Source: a virus (lineage: Duplodnaviria > Heunggongvirae > Uroviricota > Caudoviricetes). Taken from it: 5,694 nucleotides of DNA. The DNA is taken from IMG/VR virus record IMGVR_UViG_3300018485_000013, positions 1-5,694 of that record. One strand, given 5' to 3'. Position numbers and translations under genes: made by a program. Within the stretch, counting starts at the first letter, position 1, and every line of letters starts with the position of its first letter. Of this stretch, positions 1 through 5,694 are shown piece by piece. The notes beneath the pieces were generated by a model that was not told the DNA's origin, searched no databases, and was given only the letters and a program-made list of their open reading frames with translations.

Positions 1-21
1 TACACGACGCTCTTCCGATCT
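1..21. other. Illumina TruSeq universal adapter 3' end (sequencing artefact, not biological sequence)
   Basis: Bases 1-21 (TACACGACGCTCTTCCGATCT) are identical to the last 21 nt of the TruSeq universal adapter as I recall it (...CTACACGACGCTCTTCCGATCT). They sit at the extreme 5' edge of the window. Confidence 0.85.
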
Positions 22-657
22 GGGATGCTGATCTGGCCCGACTTTACTGGCTGGGACACGGTGCTGAATGCCGAAGCAACGGCATATGCCACCGCCCGTG
101 CGCTTGGTCTGCGCGCCAAAATTGATGAGCAGACCGGATGGCACAAAAGCCTGTCCAACGTGGGCGTGAACGGTGTCACCGGAATTTCTGCTGATGTATT
201 CTGGGATCTGCAGGACCCGGCAACTGATGCGGGACTGCTTAACCAGAACGATGTTACCACACTTATCCGCAAAGACGGCTTTCGCTTCTGGGGTTCCCGC
301 TGTCTGAGTGATGACCCACTCTTTGCCTTTGAAAACTACACCCGCACGGCGCAGGTGCTGATGGACACGATGGCAGAAGCGCCAATGTGGGCGGTCGACA
401 AACCGCTGAATCCGTCGCTGGCCCGCGACATTATCGAAGGTATCCGCGCCAAAATGCGCAGCCTGATCAGTCAGGGCTATCTCATTGGTGGCGATTGCTG
501 GCTGGATGAGTCGGTGAACGACAAAGACACTCTGAAAGCTGGAAAACTCACCATCGACTACGACTACACACCAGTGCCGCCACTTGAAAACCTGATGCTG
601 CGTCAGCGCATCACCGATCAGTACCTGGTGAATTTCGCCAGCCAGGTCAGCGCGTAA
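1..657 (+). CDS. FI: Contractile tail sheath protein, P2 gpFI-like, C-terminal portion (5' partial, runs off the window start)
   Basis: Frame 1 is open from position 1 to the TAA at 655-657, so the first in-window ATG (25) is not the real start. The first 21 nt are adapter, so genuine coding sequence begins at about 22. The translated sequence (…[36 protein letters not shown]…) matches my recall of the P2 sheath C-terminal domain. The tail tube gene follows immediately, as in P2. Confidence 0.88.
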   Translation, partial: YTTLFRSGMLIWPDFTGWDTVLNAEATAYATARALGLRAKIDEQTGWHKSLSNVGVNGVTGISADVFWDLQDPATDAGLLNQNDVTTLIRKDGFRFWGSRCLSDDPLFAFENYTRTAQVLMDTMAEAPMWAVDKPLNPSLARDIIEGIRAKMRSLISQGYLIGGDCWLDESVNDKDTLKAGKLTIDYDYTPVPPLENLMLRQRITDQYLVNFASQVSA

Positions 658-666
658 GGGGACAAC

Positions 667-1182
667 ATGGCTTTACCACGCAAATTAAAACACCTGAACC
701 TGTTTAACGACGGGAACAACTGGCAGGGGATCGTTGAGTCGCTGACGCTGCCGAAATTCACCCGCAAATATGAGAAGTATCGCGGCGGCGGAATGCCGGG
801 AGCAGTGGATGTGGATCTGGGGCTTGATGACAGTGCGCTGGACACAGAATTTTCCATTGGTGGTACTGAACTGCTGCTGTTTAAGCAGATGGGCAAAGCC
901 ACGGTGGATGGCATCCAGTTGCGCTTTACCGGCTCTATCCAGCGTGATGATACCGGGGAAGTGCAGGCCGTGGAGCTTGTGGTGCGTGGACGTCACAAAG
1001 AAGTGGATTCCGGCGAGTGGAAGACGGGCGAAAGCAACACCACCAAAGTGACCAGTACCAACAGCTACGCGAAGCTGACTATCAATGGTGAGGTGCTCTA
1101 TGAAGTGGACCTTATCAACATGGTGGAAATTGTGGACGGTGTGGACCTGATGGAAGCGCACCGCAACGCCCTCGGCCTCTGA
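667..1182 (+). CDS. FII: Major tail tube protein, P2 gpFII-like
   Basis: 171-aa ORF beginning MALPRKLKHLNLFNDGNNWQGIVE…, which I recognise as the P2 FII tail tube family. A GGGGA Shine-Dalgarno at 658-662 lies 4 nt upstream of the ATG. It starts 9 nt after the sheath stop. Confidence 0.92.
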   Translation: MALPRKLKHLNLFNDGNNWQGIVESLTLPKFTRKYEKYRGGGMPGAVDVDLGLDDSALDTEFSIGGTELLLFKQMGKATVDGIQLRFTGSIQRDDTGEVQAVELVVRGRHKEVDSGEWKTGESNTTKVTSTNSYAKLTINGEVLYEVDLINMVEIVDGVDLMEAHRNALGL

Positions 1183-1193
1183 TGTATCTGAAC

Positions 1194-1211
1194 GGCGCGG
1201 AATGCCGCGCC
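1194..1211 (+). promoter_or_regulatory. GC-rich stem-loop in the FII-E intergenic region (possible mRNA stability element or partial attenuator)
   Basis: Seen in sequence: GGCGCGG (1194-1200) pairs with CCGCGCC (1205-1211) around a 4-nt loop AATG. There is no U-run after it (AGAACCUAAUUUACAGG), so it is not a canonical intrinsic terminator. Confidence 0.35.
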
Positions 1212-1236
1212 AGAACCTAATTTACAGGACAGCAAA

Positions 1237-1539
1237 ATGAGCGATAAGCAGACTGAAAAGACTATTCAACTGGATACCCCCATCATGCGTGGTAAAACTG
1301 AAATCACCGAAATTGTGCTGCGTAAACCGCAGTCTGGTGCGCTGCGCGGTACACGCCTGCAGGCCATTATGGATATGGATGTGAACGCGATGATGACCGT
1401 GATCCCCCGCATCTCCAGCCCGGCGCTGACTGCACAGGAAATTGCAGAGATGGACCCGGCAGATCTCACTGCCATGTCGGTTGAGGTTGTCACTTTTTTG
1501 TTGAAGAAGTCGGTGCTTGCCGGTTTACCGACAGCCTGA
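1237..1539 (+). CDS. E: Tail assembly chaperone, P2 gpE-like (zero-frame product)
   Basis: 100-aa ORF (MSDKQTEKTIQLDTPIMRGK…) in the position upstream of the tape measure gene where the lambda G/GT and P2 E/E' chaperone sits. AGGA at 1226-1229 lies 7 nt upstream of the ATG. A slippery heptamer occurs near its 3' end. Confidence 0.85.
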   Translation: MSDKQTEKTIQLDTPIMRGKTEITEIVLRKPQSGALRGTRLQAIMDMDVNAMMTVIPRISSPALTAQEIAEMDPADLTAMSVEVVTFLLKKSVLAGLPTA

Positions 1540-1673
1540 CGGTTGATGATCTGGTGGCAGATATCGCCACCATTTTTCACTGGCCGCCATCCGTTACTGA
1601 CGTTATGCCGCTGACCGAAGTGCTGGAATGGCGGTATAAAGCGATTCAGAGAAGCGGGGCCAACGATGAGTGA
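1237..1673 (+). CDS. E+E': Tail assembly chaperone frameshift fusion, P2 gpE+E'-like (-1 shift at 1494-1500)
   Basis: Hand translation of the -1 frame from 1500 gives VEEVGACRFTDSLTVDDLVADIATIFHWPPSVTDVMPLTEVLEWRYKAIQRSGANDE, then stop TGA at 1671-1673, which overlaps the tape measure ATG at 1666. The predicted fusion is about 145 aa. This architecture is conserved in the tail chaperones of long-tailed phages. Confidence 0.68.
1494..1500 (+). promoter_or_regulatory. Putative -1 programmed ribosomal frameshift slippery heptamer T_TTT_TTG
   Basis: In the E frame the codons are ac-T TTT TTG. A -1 slip keeps two U-rich codons paired and then reads GTT GAA GAA…, which stays open for 57 codons to a TGA at 1671-1673. 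A T-rich heptamer at this position is the known E/E' frameshift arrangement in P2-like phages. Confidence 0.7.
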
Positions 1674-4600
1674 TAATAACCTGCGCCTGCAGGTCATTCT
1701 TAATGCGGTTGACAAACTCACCCGCCCATTCCGTGCTGCACAGGCCAGTTCGAAAGAGCTGGCTGGCGCAATCAGAAACTCCCGTGACGCATTAAAGCAA
1801 CTCAATCAGGCGGGTAACAGCCTGGAAAAATTTCGCAAGCTGCAGGCCGATAACAAAAAGTTAGGCGACAGGCTGAACTATGCCAGACAGAAGGCAAATT
1901 TGCTTAGTTCTGAGCTGGAAGCGATGGAACAACCATCACAAAGGCATCTTGTGGCTTTAGGTCGGCAAACGCTGGCAGTCCAACGCCTGGAAGAACAACA
2001 AAAATATTTGCAGAAGCAAACGGCGCTTGTGCGTGCAGAACTGTACCGGGCGGGAATTTCTGCGAAAGATGATGCGGGAGCAACTGCCCGTTTAGCCCGT
2101 GAAACATCACGTTATAACCAGGAACTTTCGAAACAAGAGGCGCGGCTGAAGCGACTGGGGGAAGCTCAGCGCAGGATGAATGCGGCGCGTGCCAGTTATG
2201 CCCGTTCGCTGGAGGTGCGTGATCGTATTGCAGGTGCCGGAGCCACCACCACGGCTGCAGGGCTGGCAATGGGCGCACCAGTGATGGCGGCAGTAAAAAG
2301 CTATACCAGCATGGAAGATGCCATGAAAGGTGTAGCAAAGCAGGTCAATGGTCTGCGTGACGATAATGGCAACCGCACTGCACGTTTTTATGAAATGCAG
2401 GATGCCATCAAGGCTGCCAGCGAACAGTTGCCGATGGAAAACGGTGCGGTGGACTTTGCCGCACTGGTTGAAGGTGGTGCGCGCATGAACGTCGCAAACC
2501 CTGACGACAGCTGGGAAGACCAGAAACGTGACCTGCTGGCCTTCGCCAGTACGGCAGCAAAGGCGGCAACAGCCTTTGAGCTGCCAGCGGATGAACTGTC
2601 AGAAAGTCTGGGGAAAATCGCCCAGCTCTACAAAATTCCCACCCGCAATATTGAACAGCTCGGTGATGCGCTGAACTATCTGGATGATAACGCCATGTCG
2701 AAAGGGGCAGACATCATTGATGTGATGCAACGTCTGGGCGGTGTGGCTGACCGTCTGGATTATCGTAAAGCGGCGGCGCTGGGTTCCACCTTCCTGACAC
2801 TGGGCGCTGCGCCGGAGGTTGCAGCCAGTGCAGCAAACGCGATGGTGCGTGAATTGTCCATTGCCACCATGCAGAGCAAGAGTTTCTTTGAAGGAATGAA
2901 TCTGCTGAAACTCAATCCTGAAGTGATTGAAAAGCAGATGACGAAGGATGCGATGGGAACTATCCAGCGTGTGCTGGAGAAGGTGAACGCACTGCCGCAG
3001 GACAAGCGTCTGTCTGCCATGACCATGATGTTTGGTAAAGAGTTTGGCGATGACGCGGCGAAACTGGCAAACAACCTGCCGGAACTACAGCGCCAGCTAA
3101 AACTGACTGCGGGCAATGATGCGCTCGGTTCCATGCAGAAAGAATCCGACATCAACAAAGACTCACTTTCTGCTCAGTGGTTGCTGGTCAAAACCGGAGC
3201 GCAGAACACCTTCAGCAGCCTGGGCGAAACGCTGCGCCAGCCGCTGATGGATATTCTGTACACGGTGAAAAGCATCAAGGGGGCGTTGCGCCGCTGGGTG
3301 GAAGCTAACCCGGAACTGACAGGCACACTGATGAAAGTAGCGGCTGTTATGGCTGCGGTTACCGTAGGCCTCGGCACCTTAGCGGTGGCGCTGGCTGCAG
3401 TGCTGGGGCCGCTGGCAGTCATCCGTCTGGGATTCTCTGTGCTGGGTATCAAAACGTTACCTTCCGTTACGGCAGCAGTAACACGAACCAGCAGCGCGTT
3501 GTCCTGGTTAGCTGGCGCTCCACTGGCACTGCTGCGACGCGGGCTTGCTTCATCGGGCAACGCAGCGGGTTTACTTACTGCGCCGTTGTCGTCTTTGCGC
3601 CGCACGGCATCACTGACGGGAAATGTCCTGAAAACTGTAGCAGGTGCGCCGGTTGCACTTTTGCAGTCTGGATTATCCGGTTTACGTGCTGTTGCTGTGA
3701 TGTTTATGAATCCTCTGGCGGTACTGCGCGGTGGACTGGCCGCCGCAGGCACGGTGCTGCGAGTACTGGCATCTGGTCCACTGGCGATGCTGCGCGTTGC
3801 CCTGTATGCCGTATCTGGTCTGTTAGGTACTCTGCTCAGTCCGATAGGTCTTGTGGTTACTGCACTGGCGGGCGTGGCGCTGGTTGTGTGGAAATACTGG
3901 CAACCCATCACCGCATTTCTTGGTGGCGTGGTGGAAGGATTCAAAGCGGCGGCAGGTCCCGTCAGTGCAGCATTCGAACCGCTTAAGCCCGTGTTCCAGT
4001 GGATTGGCGATAAAGTACAGGCGCTGTGGGGCTGGTTTACTGATCTGCTGACGCCCATTAAGTCGACCTCTGCCGAACTGCAGAGTGCAGCGGCAATGGG
4101 GCGGAGATTCGGGGAGGCACTGGCGGAAGGGCTGAATATGGTCATGCATCCGCTGGACTCCCTGAAATCCGGCGTTTCCTGGTTGCTGGAGAAGCTCGGC
4201 ATTGTCAGTAAAGAGGCCGCAAAGGCAAAACTGCCGGAAAGCGTGACGCGTCAGCAACCTGCGACGGTGAATGCAGACGGTAAAGTGATGATTCCATCGG
4301 GTGGTTTTCCGTCATGGGGATATGGCTTTGCGGGGATGTATGACAGCGGCGGGTATATCCCGCGCGGGCAGTTTGGCATCGTCGGTGAAAACGGGCCGGA
4401 AATTGTTAACGGCCCGGCAAATGTGGCCAGCCGGAGAAATACAGCTGCACTGGCTGCCGTTGTTGCCGGAATGATGGGCGTTGCTGCCGCGCCAGCAGAG
4501 CTTCCACCGTTGCACCCTTTGGCACTTCCCGCGAAAGGTGGAGAAGCAATTGTGAGTCGCGCAGCCACTGTGCCGCTCGTTCAACGGCTTGAGGCACCGA

Positions 4601-4743
4601 CGCAGATCATCATTCAGACGCAGCCAGGACAAAGTGCGCAGGATATTGCGCGGGAGGTGGCCCGCCAGCTTGATGAACGTGAACGCAGGCTGAAGGCAAA
4701 GGCCAGGAGTAACTACAGCGATCAGGGGGGATACGACGCATGA
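1666..4743 (+). CDS. T: Tail tape measure protein, P2 gpT-like, 1025 aa
   Basis: Very large ORF directly after E/E'. It has a charged, heptad-like N-terminal region (residues about 25-180, rich in Q/R/E/L/A, consistent with coiled coil), a hydrophobic Ala/Gly/Leu/Val-rich central region with degenerate tandem repeats, and a Gly-rich C-terminal region. The first ATG after the in-frame stop at 1612 is at 1666. GGGG at 1655-1658 is a plausible Shine-Dalgarno. Confidence 0.93.
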   Translation: MSDNNLRLQVILNAVDKLTRPFRAAQASSKELAGAIRNSRDALKQLNQAGNSLEKFRKLQADNKKLGDRLNYARQKANLLSSELEAMEQPSQRHLVALGRQTLAVQRLEEQQKYLQKQTALVRAELYRAGISAKDDAGATARLARETSRYNQELSKQEARLKRLGEAQRRMNAARASYARSLEVRDRIAGAGATTTAAGLAMGAPVMAAVKSYTSMEDAMKGVAKQVNGLRDDNGNRTARFYEMQDAIKAASEQLPMENGAVDFAALVEGGARMNVANPDDSWEDQKRDLLAFASTAAKAATAFELPADELSESLGKIAQLYKIPTRNIEQLGDALNYLDDNAMSKGADIIDVMQRLGGVADRLDYRKAAALGSTFLTLGAAPEVAASAANAMVRELSIATMQSKSFFEGMNLLKLNPEVIEKQMTKDAMGTIQRVLEKVNALPQDKRLSAMTMMFGKEFGDDAAKLANNLPELQRQLKLTAGNDALGSMQKESDINKDSLSAQWLLVKTGAQNTFSSLGETLRQPLMDILYTVKSIKGALRRWVEANPELTGTLMKVAAVMAAVTVGLGTLAVALAAVLGPLAVIRLGFSVLGIKTLPSVTAAVTRTSSALSWLAGAPLALLRRGLASSGNAAGLLTAPLSSLRRTASLTGNVLKTVAGAPVALLQSGLSGLRAVAVMFMNPLAVLRGGLAAAGTVLRVLASGPLAMLRVALYAVSGLLGTLLSPIGLVVTALAGVALVVWKYWQPITAFLGGVVEGFKAAAGPVSAAFEPLKPVFQWIGDKVQALWGWFTDLLTPIKSTSAELQSAAAMGRRFGEALAEGLNMVMHPLDSLKSGVSWLLEKLGIVSKEAAKAKLPESVTRQQPATVNADGKVMIPSGGFPSWGYGFAGMYDSGGYIPRGQFGIVGENGPEIVNGPANVASRRNTAALAAVVAGMMGVAAAPAELPPLHPLALPAKGGEAIVSRAATVPLVQRLEAPTQIIIQTQPGQSAQDIAREVARQLDERERRLKAKARSNYSDQGGYDA
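3505..3890 (+). repeat. Degenerate tandem repeats of about 21-22 aa (about 63-66 nt) within the tape measure gene
   Basis: The protein shows about six consecutive units with the pattern xxPLAxLRxGLxxxGxxL: LAGAPLALLRRGLASSGNAAGLL / TAPLSSLRRTASLTGNVLKTV / AGAPVALLQSGLSGLRAVAVMFM / NPLAVLRGGLAAAGTVLRVLA / SGPLAMLRVALYAVSGLLGTLL / SPIGLVVTALAGVALVVW. The nucleotide copies are diverged (for example CCACTGGCACTGCTGCGACGCGGGCTT versus CCTCTGGCGGTACTGCGCGGTGGACTG), so the boundaries are approximate. Confidence 0.5.
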
Positions 4744-5225
4744 TGATGGTGCTGGGATTGTACGTGTTTATGCTTCGCACTGTGCCGTATCAGGAACTGC
4801 AGTATCAACGCAGCTGGCGACATGCGGCAAACAGCCGGGTAAACCGTCGTCCGTCCACGCAGTTTCTGGGACCGGAAAACGACATGCTGACGCTTTCCGG
4901 TGTTCTTATGCCGGAGATAACAGGCGGCAGGCTGTCGTTGCTGGCACTGGAGCAGATGGCAGAACAGGGGAAAGCATGGCCCCTGATTGAAGGCAGCGGC
5001 ACGATTTACGGCATGTATGTGATTGAGGGACTGAATCAGACTAAAACGGAGTTTTTCCGCGACGGTATGCCGCGCAGGATTGAGTTCACCCTTTCGCTAA
5101 AACGGGTGGATGAATCCCTGTCCGATATGTTCGGTGATCTCAGTACTCAACTGAATAATCTGCAGGACACGGCAACGTCTGTCTTAAGCGATATCAGTAA
5201 AACGGTGGGAGGGCTGCTGTCGTGA
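4740..5225 (+). CDS. U: Tail protein U, P2 gpU-like
   Basis: 161-aa ORF (MMMVLGLYVFMLRTVPYQELQYQRSWRHAANSRVNRRP…) that I recognise as the phage P2 GpU family. Its ATG overlaps the tape measure stop in ATGA (4740-4743). AGGGGGGA at 4722-4729 is a Shine-Dalgarno. Position after T matches P2 order. Confidence 0.9.
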   Translation: MMMVLGLYVFMLRTVPYQELQYQRSWRHAANSRVNRRPSTQFLGPENDMLTLSGVLMPEITGGRLSLLALEQMAEQGKAWPLIEGSGTIYGMYVIEGLNQTKTEFFRDGMPRRIEFTLSLKRVDESLSDMFGDLSTQLNNLQDTATSVLSDISKTVGGLLS

Positions 5226-5694
5226 ATTTCAGCTCTGAACTGCTTAACAAAGGCAACAAAACTCCCGCATTCAGCATCAGTATTGAGGGCAGGGATATCA
5301 CCACTGTGCTGGATAACCGCCTGATGAGTTTGACGCTGACGGATAACCGGGGCTTTGAAGCGGACCAGCTTGATCTGGAGCTGGATGACGCTGACGGAAA
5401 AATCGTGCTGCCGCGCCGTGGTGCGGTTATTACGCTGGCGCTGGGCTGGAAGGGGCAGCCGCTTTTCCCGAAAGGGGCATTCACAGTGGACGAGATTGAA
5501 CACACTGGCGCACCGGACCGCCTGACTATCCGGGCGCGAAGTGCTGATTTTCGGGAAACGCTGAATACCCGCCGTGAAAAATCGTGGCATAAGACCACCG
5601 TCGGGGAAGTGGTGAAGGAAATAGCCGCGCGGCACAAGCTGAAGATGGCACTGGGTAAAGACCTGTCGGATAAGCCCGTGGAGCATATAGACCA
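5222..5694 (+). CDS. D: Tail protein D, P2 gpD-like (late control D family), N-terminal portion (3' partial, runs off the window end)
   Basis: Frame 2 is open from the TAA at 5198-5200 to the window end. It is absent from the supplied ORF track, probably because it has no ATG start and no stop within the window. The only plausible start is GTG at 5222, overlapping the U stop in GTGA, with GGGAGGG at 5207-5213 eight nt upstream. Translation (V/M)NFSSELLNKGNKTPAFSISIEGRDITTVLDNRLMSLTLTDNRGFEADQLDLELDDADGKIVLPRRGAVITLALGWKGQPLF… matches my recall of the gpD family. Confidence 0.82.
   Translation, partial: MNFSSELLNKGNKTPAFSISIEGRDITTVLDNRLMSLTLTDNRGFEADQLDLELDDADGKIVLPRRGAVITLALGWKGQPLFPKGAFTVDEIEHTGAPDRLTIRARSADFRETLNTRREKSWHKTTVGEVVKEIAARHKLKMALGKDLSDKPVEHID

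Noticed and set aside
685-1161. Minus-strand ORFs 685-1161 (158 aa) and 618-914 (98 aa), and the + strand nested ORF 770-1051 (93 aa, Cys/Trp-rich), all overlapping the tail tube gene.
   Set aside because: They lie entirely inside the confidently assigned FII-like gene, have unusual composition (His/Cys/Trp-rich) and are best explained as chance open frames.
1183-1236. Rho-independent terminator or promoter in the FII-E gap.
   Set aside because: The hairpin has no downstream U-tract, and I could not find a convincing -35/-10 pair or a P2 late-promoter (Ogr-dependent) motif. In P2 the late promoter for this operon lies upstream of FI, outside the window.
1546-1614. Short in-frame ATG ORF (1546-1614) between the E stop and the tape measure start.
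   Set aside because: It is only 22 codons, has no Shine-Dalgarno, and lies in the region that is translated in the -1 frame as E'. That makes it a chance ATG, not a gene.
1266-1805. 179-aa minus-strand ORF spanning the E gene, the frameshift region and the tape measure start.
   Set aside because: It is antisense to three coupled + strand coding elements, has no recognisable motif, and would conflict with a conserved gene junction.
3851-4051. 66-aa + strand ORF in an alternative frame inside the tape measure gene.
   Set aside because: It is short, Trp/Cys/Arg-rich, has no ribosome-binding site and is nested within the tape measure ORF. A chance open frame.
3174-4202. 342-aa ORF on the minus strand, antisense to the tape measure gene. 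Other minus-strand ORFs of the same kind are 2760-3158, 3823-4257, 4251-4568, 4312-4632, 4406-4597 and 1904-2338.
   Set aside because: The translations are low-complexity and Pro/Ser/Ala/Arg/Thr-rich, typical of the antisense frame of a GC-rich gene with Ala/Gly/Leu-biased codons. There is no convincing ribosome-binding site, and each is fully embedded in a well-supported + strand gene.
4805-5686. Minus-strand ORFs 4805-5002, 5147-5686 and 5194-5637, overlapping the U and D genes.
   Set aside because: They are antisense to genes with clear family resemblance (gpU and gpD) and have Arg/Ser/Cys-rich low-complexity translations. They are probably non-coding.
1-5694. Interpretation as a type VI secretion system sheath/tube cluster or another contractile injection system.
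   Set aside because: A frameshifted E/E' chaperone and a 1025-aa tape measure protein between the tube and U/D genes are diagnostic of a phage-type tail (phage or tailocin). T6SS clusters lack a tape measure protein and a G/GT-type chaperone.

Overview
This 5.7-kb window reads as a canonical P2-type (Peduovirus-like) contractile-tail gene module, all on the + strand and tightly packed: the 3' part of the tail sheath gene (FI-like, truncated at the window start), the tail tube gene (FII-like), the tail assembly chaperone E with a -1 frameshift extension E', a 1025-aa tape measure protein (T-like), tail protein U, and the 5' part of tail protein D (truncated at the window end). Gene order and overlaps match the P2 FI-FII-E/E'-T-U-D arrangement. 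Family assignments are from my recall of these protein families, not from a database search. The first 21 nt are an exact match to the 3' end of the Illumina TruSeq universal adapter, so the window probably begins at a contig end with adapter read-through. I see no inserted cargo gene, RNA gene, CRISPR array or mobile element; intergenic gaps are 54 nt or less. I therefore find no evidence of a novel system here. The points worth a second look are the programmed frameshift site and a nearby stem-loop, the degenerate tandem repeats and length of the tape measure protein, and the adapter artefact. Whether the module belongs to an intact prophage, a remnant or an R-type tailocin cannot be decided from this window.
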